Origin: Girardia tigrina
Lineage: Eukaryota
Assembly (NCBI GenBank): GCA_001938485.1
Contig: MQRK01235066.1
Location: 1-64,000, forward strand
Length of the DNA: 64,000 bases
Reading direction: 5' to 3'
Numbering within the stretch: the first letter of the stretch is position 1; the number at the start of each line of letters is the position of its first letter. Below are positions 1 through 13,200 of the stretch, one piece after another. Position numbers and translations under genes: made by a program. The notes beneath the pieces are model-generated. The model was not told the DNA's origin. It made no database searches and worked only from the letters and a program-made list of their open reading frames with translations.

Positions 1-2364
1 AATTATCAATTTAGAACGATGTCGAATGACGAGAGTTTTGCTGAGAGTTGTCCAAAAGACAATTCTGATTGTAATGAAAATAAAAGTTTGAAAACCCATG
101 TTGGTGTTCTTAATACTAATTATCATATTATTCATCAGTCTGTGCAACGTCATTAATTGATTTAGTTTTCTCAATGTCAAATACTTCACGATTTTTGCCC
201 ACATAGAAATTCCTCACATCACTTAGGATTGTTAAATCAACATTCGTCTTTTTATTCGAATCATCGGAATCATTAATATTTTCAAATTCAGAACTCTATT
301 TACCAAAAAATCTTTATCTCCCCGAGCTGAGACTCTTCAGCGCAATTACAGTTAGCCATTTAAACCTCATTATCAATGATCGAGGCCATTTCAGAGTTAA
401 AAACTTTCATTAACAAACAATTAAAAGACAATACTTTTTTACACCACTTTCCATTTTTTACTTGTAAACGTAATTCCAAATTGATCATTTTTATCACACA
501 CAAATACAAAGATTCAAATCGTGATCTGCCAACAAAAGTCACCTTTTTATCAAAAATTAAAATTGTTCACAAAAAATCAAAAACCAATAATTCGACACCG
601 CATTCCAATTTTTCAAATAAATTTTTAATTTTTTGAGATTTTTAAATGCACAAATCACTCTCCTCTGATTGGATAGACAATCATAAACACTGACATGCCC
701 CATTCTGGTTGGCTCTCCCATCAGAAAACATGCTCAACTAATGAACAATAATTGCAACGTAATTTCTCTTGATAAAAAAATAATAGTTACGTTGCGGTTC
801 TTTCTCTCTTTTAAATAATAGTTTTTTATTCAATTTTTAATAATTATTTGATTTCGATTTATTTTTGTAATTATTTTGATTATAATTAAAATTTAATTTT
901 TAATACATAAATAATAATAACACACAAACTAAAATAAATATAATGATGAAAATAAACAATATTATAAAAAAATTACAATATTGCACTGATTTTTAAAGTA
1001 TAAATCATTCAAGTATGTACTGATCGTATTCGGTTCAATTGTTGACCTCGATACTTTATGATTTACTACGATTAATAAAGCATGACATGAACTAAGAATA
1101 GCATTTTCGAGATCAAGACTTTATCTCCACTATTCGGAGGTGTGATCAGTTAGTAGGGTATTTTAAGGATAATTCGGTTTACACACTCCAGCTAAAGATC
1201 AACTGCAAAATCTTGAATTGTCAAATAATTTAGTTTTTTTTACAATTCGTATCAAGTCATAGCAAGTCAATGAAACAGTACTTATTTTTGTCATCAAGAT
1301 TATTAGAATTATTAAACAATCAAAAGTTTATTTAAAATACATTTTATGAATTCTTTGTAATCATAAATTATGTAAGGTGGTAAGGTGCTAAGTTTTCAGC
1401 TTGCTCTAGTAGACCTTGATACACATGGGTCTAAATTAATCAAAATCACTCGATTAACTCTTTGAATACCGAACTAATTTTTTATATTAAATAAATATTT
1501 TGAAAATGATTAAATAATTGATAAAAAAAGGAAAAGGATAAGTTTTTTTTAAAAAATAGACAATATAGATGATGCATAAGAATAAACCTATTATATACAA
1601 TTGGAAAACAAATAACATGTTTCTTATTCTTATTTATCTAACTAGATTTTTTTTAAGGATTGCATGGAATGTGTTGTGTCATTGGTAGACAGAGGTTTTA
1701 AAAATTATCGTTACTATCCTTAAGTTTTTAGTTAAAAATAAAAGTAAAAGTTGTGAAGTTTGTAAATTTGGATTTGTGCGATATTATTATTTGATAAAAC
1801 ATATTTAATTAGATTTTTTAAGTCAGTTAAAGTAGGGTACTTAAAATATAAATGATTGAAATTCATAACAAAATTATTTATTTTTCAGCTAATCCATCTA
1901 GGTTTAATCAATCAATTAAATCGATGTTTCGCTTTCTAAACTTGTTGTTAAACCAACAGAAAAGTTTGTTTCTTTTCTCGGTATTATGAACACTTAAGAT
2001 TTATCAAAATTGGTACACTAAGTATTGTAATATTTTAAAATTTTTCTCAAGCTTCCAATTTATAAATCTGGAAAAGTCACTTTGTTTTCATTAATGTGTT
2101 TAATTTAATTTTTAATCATTTATTATTTTATCGTGAATGTTTTATTACTGAATTAATTCTACATTAATTCTGAATTAATTCTAAATTTACTTTTAATTTC
2201 AAAATGGAACTATTATTCATATTTTTTCTATACATTTTGATAATTACTTTATTAGTTGCTTTATATAAAAATTTTATCCCATAAATCATTATTATTATAC
2301 AATATTAATATTTAATAATAAAAATTCCAAAATTTTTATGATTTATTCTGTTTTAAATATTTAA

Positions 2365-2892
2365 CCCTTCGAAACTCAATATCTTAAAAACAACATAAAT
2401 ATTGTATGAAACAGTAGCTTTTTGTAAATAATGAAACACTTATTTTTTGTTTTTATTTATTTTTAACATAAACATATAAAAAATTATAAAAAAGGGAGTG
2501 TTACAGTTCTGTTACCTTGTGTTACAACGCTACAAAAATAAAATGGTACAACAATATTTCAATTTATTTTATATAACTAAGTAAATAAAATCCAAAATAT
2601 TCAATTTACCTTTGTGTTTTTTCAAAAATATCAACAATATCAATAGCACAAATATTTTTATTTTTTAAAGAAATTTGCATGCGCGCACTCCACATAATAT
2701 AATAGAGAGAACTGTCAAATTCATCATCCTACCACCAACGCCACTTGTAGGTACTAATAAATCACCGATGTTGTATAGATCAGTGTGTAACTGATATGCA
2801 GCAGTGATTTAAAATGTGATATGTTAATTGTTAGAGATCCTGTAACAGTTACAACGGTTTGTTACAGAAGTGTCACACTATGTTACGAAGGG
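2365..2892. mobile_element. piggyBac-like MITE
   Basis: TTAA|CCCTTCG ... CGAAGGG|TTAC termini; internal gttac/gtaac subrepeats. Confidence 0.65.
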
Positions 2893-3359
2893 TTACAAAT
2901 CATTAACAATCCATCACAGCTGTTAATTTTAAAAGAACATATTTTTACGTTTAACTTCTTGAACATTTTACTATTTTCTTACTCAATCATTATTGGTTAT
3001 TAATATTTGCAAATATTATTTATTTATTTACCGATAAAAAATTTTTATTCAAAATATCTTTATTAAAAATTTACAGAAATAAAATTGCATATTGCTTTAA
3101 ATTTCGATGTTATACAAGACGCGGTTTCCGACAAAGAATTAATGATACATTAATGTATTAATTAAAATAAATGAAATTAATATTTCTTATTTAAAAAAGA
3201 AAAAAATGTTTTTTAAACTATTGAAATTTTAAATATTTTTTTTATTATTAACTGATTAATATTGTTTTATCAATATTTTTCTTTAATTTTTGAATCATTT
3301 TATTATTGTTTAATTTTTAAAGATATTTATGACACTGTTTATATAAGATATTTATTTAG

Positions 3360-3402
3360 AAATGGTTGAATGGTGCCAAATCAATAAAGAAACAATTAAA
3401 AG
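3360..3402 (+). CDS. PTPN3/4: PTPN3/4-family exon (FERM-N): KWLNGAKSIKKQLK
   Basis: AG/GT bounded; matches family motif RWLDPxKxIRKQLK; phase 1 end fits next exon. Confidence 0.85.
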
Positions 3403-5860
3403 GTTAATTCATTTATTTGTGAATATTTTATTTTATTTTTGTGTTTTATATTTTAACAATATTTGATCAATTTATGCATATTTATATTTCAATGTTCATA
3501 ACAAAACAACCTTACATGAGGTAAATTGGGTTTCATGAAATAAATATAATCAGAAATTAAAAAAAATATAATATTAACAGAAACAGACAATATAAATTTT
3601 ATTAGTTAAAATAAATTAATTTTCTCCCTCATTACCTGAATTTTATTCTCGACTGTTTATCTTTTCTACAAGCGTTGTGGAATGATGATTTACCTCTAGT
3701 GTACGGGGGTTAAGGTTATATTTCAACGTTAGGAAACTCACAACTTTATATGTTACTGTCAGGATTGTTGTTTTCATTGATATTATTTTTTTAAATAAGC
3801 ATTTGATGATGATGATAAGATAATATAAATGAAAGTAAATGTTTATCTTGTAATATATATTAGGAAAAATAAAGTCTTTTACTGAATGCTTATAATATGC
3901 AAATGTGTTAATATGAAAACTGTAAATGTCCTATTTGGATATGATGTGGTTCGCTTCGGGTGGTTTGTGATCTCTTTTAGATGGAAATCATGCTTTATTT
4001 GACAGAATAATTGACTAGGATATGAAAAAAGCCGCTTGACTTTTCAATTGTCTAAAGCTACTTGTTTAACTTTTAGTTTACTAATTATTTATCGGTTTAA
4101 ATACTTTGAAATGAAATATTCAATATTTTCATAAAAAATTGTATAACCAATTTTTTTTAAAAAAATCGATAATTTTTTAACCCTAAAAATGTTTGATGTC
4201 CATTTAACATTCATTCGTACAACTTATAGTTCTGTTTCAATATAAATATTTTTTTAAAATAATTTTCGATTTACATAATATTTTTGGATTTGTTTGTTTT
4301 CAACATTCCTGATCTTTTCAATAATTGAAAAATGCGGCTGACAATTTCTTGAAAATATAAAAAAAATTGTCTTACTGCACAGCATTTTTCATTCAATGTT
4401 TTGATAACTGTTTGACACGATTTACTGAATTTTGAACGAATAATGTAACATATTTATTAAGAAATTTAAAAAATTTTTAATTTAATATTTATTAAATTTA
4501 GATTTCAATAAAAATTAATGCTGTTTTATTTATTTATTAATATTTTTTTATAATTATTAATAATACTTTCTTGTTTCTGTTTCTGTTTCTGTTTCTATTC
4601 TATTATTTTATCTTAAAATTCATTTATAAAGTTTTTACATTTGAAATTAGCTCTGTTGAAAAGGTTATAAAATTTTGATATTCCATCTATTAATTTTATT
4701 TTCTTGGAAATGTCAGAATTTTTAAGCCTGTAAACGTTTTAACGATCGGTGAATATTTTTCATAAAATTTTTAAATATTGATGATTTGTAAAAATTATCA
4801 AATTAATAAGCTTTCAATTTTATGCTTACAATTATGTTGATAAAATACTAGAAATAACAATTCTTATTAAGTTAATGTCTCCGTTTCGTCTGTGGATAAC
4901 TCATAAAATAGGAATCTTTACATTAAAGAAATTTTATTTATAAATAGGTAATTCAGACGTTTTAAGGTAACAAGAAATGGTCAGTCTTCTTTAACATGTT
5001 AAATCTATTCGAGAACCATACTTCAATTTATACATTTATAATCATACTAATCATTCACTCGGGTAACATGTTAAAGCCACTTTCAGTCATTTCTATAGTT
5101 CTTAAATAAATGTCGTTCGTAACACCTGAAACATGGATTATTTTGTCTTTTTCTTCATTGTTAACAGTTTCTATCTACAGCCTCTTTTTTCTTTTAACAA
5201 AATAGTCACCGGTTACACATATTAAAATCTGGTGAATATAGTACTTCCAAGAGTTTTCTCACTTCTTGTTTCCGAAGGAAATCTTTAGTTTTGCGTGCCG
5301 AAAGAAGTATAGAATAAACAATTTCGAGAAGAATATATTTCAATCTTGTTTGGTCTGATCAAAGTTTGTATCATCTTTCATCAGTTTCATGAAGTTGATT
5401 ATGTAATTAACATCCACTGCATGTTCTGCTGCTATCACTACAAATAAGTTCTTGTCACAGCTGAAAATCGAGGTATAAGACATTGTCTGACAGGTCTTGG
5501 GTATTTCTCATTGAAGGATATACAAGCCTTGTTCTTCACCTTTTTATAAACGGGATCAAAATAAATCCAAGTTTAACGTAAGGCTGGTATTTAAAACTAT
5601 TTAAGATTAGCATATATTTGCTTCTTTACTTATTATGATAACGATTATGATAAACATTAATAGGATCGCAATTTTAAGTATTTTCTGTCACTATATTATA
5701 TATTAAATATGTTTATAATTATAATTATTATCAGTAAAGGGTAATTTACGTTTTTAAAAAATGACATAAAAATAGTTTTTATGGAAATGTTTTGAATATT
5801 TTGTTTTTTATTGTTCTTAATAATAGAAAACATTTATTTATTAATTTTTTTCATATTTAG

Positions 5861-5939
5861 GGAGCCAGCCTTTCATTTTTTATTTTAGAGTCAAATTTTA
5901 TCCTAATAATCCAAATCAAATTAAAGAAGAATACACAAG
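5861..5939 (+). CDS. PTPN3/4: PTPN3/4 exon (FERM): GSQPFIFYFRVKFYPNNPNQIKEEYTR
   Basis: FERM FRVKF..P..L/I.EEYTR motif; AG/GT; phases consistent. Confidence 0.93.
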
Positions 5940-6399
5940 GTTTGGTTTTTGATGTATTTTTATTATAATTTCTTTTTAATTATCAAATCCAAACTTGTGA
6001 ACAATCAAGAATAATCTATTAACTCTCTTTTAATGAAATCCATAGGAATCATGTTTCATTCAATCTTTGAACTTCTTTAATTATTTGTGAATATTTCAAT
6101 TATTAAAAATTTTTAATGATAAAGTAATTTTTTTAAATTTGAAAGAAGTGTAATTAATTATTAATTATAAAAAAATCTTTAGTACTACATTTTATTAAAT
6201 CACTCGCTGGCAGTTACATGATATATGTTCAGATATGTACCATTATCATGTATGACTAGCTACGTTTTGTCCCAGAGTGGGTTAATGATAATAACATTTC
6301 CAGCCGCATTAGCAAATCTGAAAGTCAGAAAAAAACATAATAAACATCAATGATATTGTTGCCGGTGCTTGTTAAATACTTCCTATTATTCGAATATTA

Positions 6400-6879
6400 C
6401 TACTAGATAAATCATTTGTTAAGAGAACTCATTCATTTGATAGAACATTTATTACATTGACAAGTTTGATCATCTCTATGACAATCAATATTGTCGCTCG
6501 CACTTAAATCCATCACTCAATGTTTAATACTCCTCCTTACACTTTAAACTAACATGAAGAAAATTATTTTATTTAAATTATTTAACTTAAATTTTATTGG
6601 CTAAAATAAAATTACTTTTTACAATCATTTTAAACATTAATTTGATTTTAATTTTTAAAAATTTACAAAAATAAAATCAATAAAATTATTTAAAATTTAC
6701 AATAATAAAAATTAAAAATTTGAATATTAAATCTAAATTTAAATAAATTACTTTCAGAATATAAAAATTAAAATATTAATCATCCATCTGATTAGGAGAG
6801 GCACAATCCCAAATCATCGCACAACATTTAAACATGCAAATACTACAAAAAAACATCAACACATTAAATATTACTCACA
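6400..6879 (-). repeat. Dispersed TG-starting repeat (LTR-like), inverted relative to copies at 35054-35550 and 45543-45995
   Basis: Long near-match to the reverse complement of 35054-35520 (gcctctcctaatcagatgg, AT-rich core, ATG GAT TT..). Confidence 0.85.
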
Positions 6880-7189
6880 TCATTAATGTACCATCTATAC
6901 TAAATAATATTTTTTGAGAATTATGATGCATAAATTAATACATAAATTAATATGATGAAGTTTTATCAAGGTATTACCAGTAGTGACTGGCGAAGTTTAA
7001 AAATAGAACAAAACATATTTTATATTGATTCTAACAGATTTCTTTGTTTTGAAAATTAATTTTCACTTTAAATTATAGTTTATCTAATTTTCCTTTTTGA
7101 CTGTGAGAAATGTTATCTTAATTATATGTTGTGTGATCGTAAAACGTTTCTTAGTTCTTTCGTCATCCATAAGCTCATTTTTTGTTATA

Positions 7190-9450
7190 TCAAACGGGAG
7201 CAGGACGTTTTGGTACCACTGTTTTGGTCATTGGTATATTTATTTATATGATCTTGTATTGGAAATAACGAAAAAGTTGTGTAAATAATCTGAATATTGA
7301 GATCAGTTTGAAACTGTTGTGATATAAATAAATTTTCAATATTCTCATTCACAAGCTATCGCGACTTTTATGTTGAAGACTCTGAAAATCGTGCCGGCGT
7401 ATGACATGCGCGGGGATTTTTCCATTTGGATCGAACGATACCGCGAGTGCACGGATACGCTCAAGGAGAACAAGCTAGTGATGCTGCCACTGGCACCGAC
7501 GGGCGAGGCTTCAGTCGTATTCCGGGGATTCAGTGACGTGACGCGGCAAGATTTTGAGAAGAGCACAGCCGCACTTACAGAAGCGTTCGCCCCAAGCCCG
7601 AGGCTATCATGGGTGACTTTTGCCTCCCGACGGCTTGCTCCCGGTGAGGGCGTAGATATTTTCATGTCCGATTTGAAGCGGTCAGTGGCTGTCATCTGTG
7701 GCAACGGAGGCAACTGGGAGGCTTTTGTGGCTCAGGCGTTCATAAATGGGGTGTCCGAGGAAGCCATGAGAAGTGTGGAGGCCGAGGTGCTGGGCAAAAC
7801 GTTGGATCTGGAAACTTTGGTTTGGTTGGCTCGAGTGCATGTTAAGGCAAAACGTGAACCCACTGATGAGACATCGACAACTGCACGGCCGTTGGATCGT
7901 TGAGGTGATTGCTTTCCGAAATGGGTGTCGAAATGTGGTCTCGGTGCGCGAATCGACCCAGTGGAAATGGTATCTTTGAACGCTGCCATCGGACCTTCAA
8001 GCGCATGGCGGCGCGAAGTTGGAAGCCAGTCTACGATATGGTTGCGTGGTACAACGCCACTCCAAATTCGATGGGCGTGATTCCAGCGTCCACAGAGTTT
8101 GCACAACGGCGGCGATTGCCGCTTCTGGTTGATTTCGCGAACAAGTTTCCAAAGGACATTGGAATTGTGCAGACAAGGAATTTACAAGTTGGAGACACTG
8201 TGTTCGTGAAACCGGCGAACGCGACGTGCATGACTAAGTGGAGACAAGCAGTCGTGAGCGGGTTCCGCAAACCCCATCAAGTCGAGATTGACGGGGTCCC
8301 GTTCCACGTGTCACACATCAGACGCGTGCCCGAAGGCGGCTCAACAATACAAGCGGAGGGTTTATCGAGCTCGAGCGGTCCCCAGATCGACGAATGCAGG
8401 TGATTGTAGTGAAAGCTCAGACAAGGAGGACGAGCAGAGATTGAATAGCGTAACGGACGCTGTTAAAAACAGCCAGACTCAATCTGACGAGGCCGAATCG
8501 AGCGACCTTTCGGCCGGCGAGATTTGCAGATTATGTGTGCGCAGGAGTGACAAAACCAGATCAGAGCGCTACTTTCCAGTGCACAGACAGCGTATGCGTT
8601 TGTACCTTGAAGGCAAGAGAGAGTGTAGTGGAAATAACGGAAAAGTTGTGTAAATAATAGAAATATTGAGATCAGTTTGAAACTGTTGTGATATAAATTA
8701 ATTTTAAATATTCTCATTCACAGATCTATTTATATGATACATGTGATCTATATGACTTATTTATTTGTATGATCTGTTATGCCGAATTTCTATAAATTGT
8801 ATAATATTTAAAATATTCAATTATGAAAAAATATGTATTTAATATGAAAAAAAATCAATTTAATATGAAAAAAGGTATTCAATATGAAAAATTATCAATT
8901 TAATATGAAAAATTATCAATTTAATATGAAAATTATCAATTTAATATGAAAAAGGTATTTAATATGAACAAAATCAATTTCATATGAAAAATTATCAATT
9001 TGATAGGAAAACAAGGTTTTAACAATACACGTTTGTAATTCCGCTTACCACCAAAGAAGAATTATAAATAACTATGCATAAAAATTTTAGATTTTGAGTC
9101 TATTTGACATTACAAATTAAGATTTTTTTTCATATCAAATTGATAATTTTTCATATTAAATACATATATATTCATAAATGAATTTAAAAAAATTTTTATT
9201 CGGTGAAAATTGCCTAATTCACGAATTCGTCAATTAAACAAATTTGACATAACAGATACTCTTACTACAGCTAAAAATTTTATAAATAAATATACTGTAG
9301 CAACAAGACAATGAACAGTTATATTTGAAATTAAAATCTGAATCGGAAATCAACCGATTTAAACAAATACATGACATATACCACGGACGAAAACAGTGGT
9401 ACCAAAACGGCGTGGGACCAAAACGGCGGTACCAAAACAGTATGTACCCT
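7190..9450. mobile_element. Foldback/TIR non-autonomous element hosting the mini LTR element
   Basis: gttttggtaccactgtttt (7207-7225) inverted vs aaaacagtggtaccaaaac (9390-9408); ~21-bp AT tandem array 8815-9010 with inverted units 9125-9170. Confidence 0.55.
7255..8722 (+). mobile_element. Internally deleted Gypsy-like LTR retrotransposon with 99-bp LTRs
   Basis: LTRs 7255-7353 and 8624-8722 (TG..CA, 7 mismatches); 5-bp TSD GATCT; polypurine tract before 3' LTR; gag ORF 7370-7903; integrase C-half 7909-8403 (GNGIFERCHRTFK). Confidence 0.93.
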
Positions 9451-10244
9451 ATCAAACATTTGTTAAAAAATATTGTTCATTTATTGTCATATGAAGTCAC
9501 GATCCTTAAACGCATTCTTTACAGTTTTCTGTTAGACGGGGGGACACGAATTGGAAATTAAGTTAAAACAATCTGTTGGCAGTTAAAAACCGTAAATCAA
9601 AATACCTTTATCAAATTTAAGAAAAGTAAGTGCCAGATATAGAAACATTTCAAATGACCAGATTATTTAATTGTTTTATTGAACAAAATTTTTTATTTCC
9701 TTGTATATTCCGTATAAGCTATTAATTTTTAATTAGGATATACTCGTTTTTTTTTATTTTTCTCAGATTACACCCATAGATTTGCGGCAAGTATCTGTTC
9801 TAGTCTTTGCTAGCACTCGGTGCTGTAATTAATATCCAAATGAAAACAATGCTATTCTATTTCATATGAAATTATTGCACGATAATTTTAGGTGAGTGTA
9901 ACGATAAATACTGTGGTAGGTAGTAAATTTTTATCAATTTAAAACTAGGTGGTAAATTACGGCAGTCATTCAACTATAAAACATGTTATACTTGCAAGTG
10001 TTTCTTCTAAAGTCATTAAAACATAAATGCATCGAAGAGAAACTTCTACTGAAAAAAAATATTTTTTGGGGACTTTTGTGTTGAAAATTTTTATGTTTTG
10101 GATGAGTCCTGAGGAAGACCCAATGCTTCACCTGAATAATTTGCTGTTGTAAATTTGTTGTTGTCTTTGTAAAAATTAATCTTCAAACAACTTTCAACTC
10201 TCTACGTCTATTACAACTGCCTTCCGTTTTCCGGTCATTATTAA

Positions 10245-13200
10245 TATGAGGGGTTAGTTTAAATTTAAGTTTCGCCAAAATAATTTATTATTTTTTTGAT
10301 TTGAAAATTTAAGTAAATTAAAAAATTAAATGTAGAGTAAAAATATGATAAATAAATACTTATTTAAAATATGTTTACAGTAATAACAATTGATATATTT
10401 TGATAAAAGTTATGAAATAATTGTAAATTTAAATTAATTTGTTTTTATGATAAAGTTTCGTAGAAAAATGTAAATATAATTTGAAGTTTATATTTCGTAA
10501 ATTTTCAAAATTTAATCGAAAAAATTTATGAATTAATTTTGGGCGAAATAATTGAATTAATAAGAAATTTGTTTAGGTATGTGAATTGTTGATATTAATA
10601 AATTTGTGGTGTTAAATTATGACTTCATAATGTGATAATAATGAAAGTGGCATAAACGCTACTTACATGGCGAACAACGCTGCTTTGGACAACTTCACGA
10701 ACCAATTACTACCTGAAAAGTTCTGGAAAGGTGACAATGTTGAGACGTTCATAGAAGAATGTGAAACATTCTTTCAATTCGCGGGAGTGGCAAAAGCGAA
10801 ACAGGACGTTATTGTCTTGTGTCTGTTGGACAGAGACATAAAGGAAAAATATAAGACCGTCGACAAGTCGATAAGTAGTTATAAAAATCGACTTCGAAAT
10901 GCATTTAGTAAGACATCTTCGCTATTTGAGGATTCGTCTGAAGCTGGCCGATATAGGATGAAGGAGGATATACCTGAAGTTTTTTTCGAAAAAATAGAAA
11001 AGATGGCAGAAAGAATTATGCAACATAACATGTCAAAAGAAAGCATAGTGGAAAAATTATTAATGAACTATTGTGATGGAAACATTATTAATGAACTGTT
11101 GTGATGATATGGATATCAAGAAAGAAGTTCGGATGAATAATGTAAAAGGAGTGGAACAAATAAAAGAAAAGATCAAAATGATACACGAGATTAAGAATAT
11201 AGAGGATCAGATAAACGTAGTGAGAAAGAACAGAACACAGAACAGACCCAGAAGTTGCAAGGATGCTGTGACTCAAAATAATAATAGATTTGAATGAATA
11301 GATCAACGAATAATAATGACCAAGGTTGGGGTTACAATCAACGACAATATAGAGATAGAGAGGACAGGAGAAGATGAGACAATAGATGATCAGTAGCGAA
11401 CATTGAAGAAGAATATGAAGAATCGGTAATAGAGGAAGATTACCCAAAAGACAGAGCTTCGACAGAAGTGGAGCCAGTCGGGGCAATAAACTAATAAATA
11501 TAAAGGACTCCCAAAATGTTGGTATTTATAGTAAAAGTAGTATAACAGATATTATAGACGTAATGAGTGACAAATCAAAAAATATTAAAGCGCTAGAATG
11601 GAACTTAAATGATAAAGTTCGGAAGTTTATAAAAAATGATGTATACGGAGATAATTGTGGAAAATGTTTAGTTGAACCAGTAGAGGACAGAAATACTAGC
11701 GAAGAAATCAGGATTTTAACCATAGAAGAATGGAAAGCTGAAAATATCGTATACAACAAAAATCAAGGTCGACCAAGTGTAAAAGTAAAAATACAACATA
11801 TCAAGGAGGACTGTTTATTAGACACTGGGGCTAGAGTGAACGTCATGAGCAAGACGATTTTTGACAAACTAAAGGATGTGAAATTGGAATTAGCAGATAT
11901 TAAATTACACTGTGCTAATAATAGTCCACTAGAATGTATTGGTAAGATATCAGTGAATGTAAATATCAAAGACAAACAGAGAAATATAACGTTCATAGTT
12001 GTAACTGACNNNNNNNNNNNNNNNNNNNNNNNNNNNNNNNNNNNNNNNNNNNNNNNNNNNNNNNNNNNNNNNNNNNNNNNNNNNNNNNNNNNNNNNNNNN
12101 NNNNNNNNNNNNNNNNNNNNNNNNNNNNNNNNNNNNNNNNNNNNNNNNNNNNNNNNNNNNNNNNNNNNNNNNNNNNNNNNNNNNNNNNNNNNNNNNNNNN
12201 NNNNNNNNNNNNNNNNNNNNNNNNNNNNNNNNNNNNNNNNNNNNNNNNNNNNNNNNNNNNNNNNNNNNNNNNNNNNNNNNNNNNNNNNNNNNNNNNNNNN
12301 NNNNNNNNNNNNNNNNNNNNNNNNNNNNNNNNNNNNNNNNNNNNNNNNNNNNNNNNNNNNNNNNNNNNNNNNNNNNNNNNNNNNNNNNNNNNNNNNNAAA
12401 AACCTGTGGGAAAACAACATTATAAAGAAGTGTAACTCTCCATGGAATACTCCGATGATATGCATGTGGAAAAAAGAAAAAAATGATATCAGACTTTGCT
12501 TAGATTTTAGACAACTCAATCTAGTTACAGAGAGACAGGCATTTCCAATGCCAAATATGATAGAGATTATGGACAAGTTGTATGGATCGAGATATTTCAC
12601 TTCGATTGATTTGGGTAATGCATATTACCAGGTAGAATTAGAAGAAGAATCAAAGCTGAAAACGGCGTTTTCGACGAAAGCGGGGCAATTTTGTTTTAAT
12701 AGAAGGCCGTTTGGTATTGCAGCGGCACCGGGGACGTTTCAAGAACTTATGACAAGGATATTTGGGGATATAGAACAGACAGTAGTTTATTTAGCCGATA
12801 TCTTAATCTTCTTAAAATCATTAGAAAAGCATTACGAGATTTTAGACAGAGTATTGGATAAAATTGAAAAGGCAGGTCTAAGAATTAATCCAGAGAAATG
12901 TCATATTTTAAAAACAGAAGTCAAATTCCTGGGGCATGTAATTAACGAAAAAAGAATTCAAACAGATCCGTCCAAATTGGAAGCTATTAAATCTTTTGAA
13001 AAACGGAAATGTATAAAAAATTTAAGTTTCCTTGGGATCTGCAACTATTATAGAAGATCAAAGATTATGCAACGAAAGTAAAGACATTAGAGTAATTGTG
13101 TGGATTGGACAAGAAGAAATTATTATGTGCAGAGACGTGTGATATAGCATTTGCCGAGATGAAGGAAGCCTTGACTACACTCCCAATTCTTGGATCCCCA

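Noticed and set aside
315-345. Minus-strand CTGAAGA plus gtctc/gagat stem
   Set aside because: GAAA absent; lies in a decayed ORF
754-795. Inverted repeat gcaacgtaa/ttacgttgc
   Set aside because: Only a 9-bp stem, no TSD or second copy seen
7345-8270. Antisense ORFs in the mini LTR element
   Set aside because: Expected shadow frames of GC-rich gag/integrase sequence
8483-8525. CTGACGA followed by hairpin ggccgaa/ttcggcc, hammerhead-like
   Set aside because: Stem is followed by GGCG, not GAAA; no stem I or III
8815-9010. Repeat array resembling CRISPR
   Set aside because: Head-to-tail ~21-bp AT minisatellite without unique spacers; eukaryotic context
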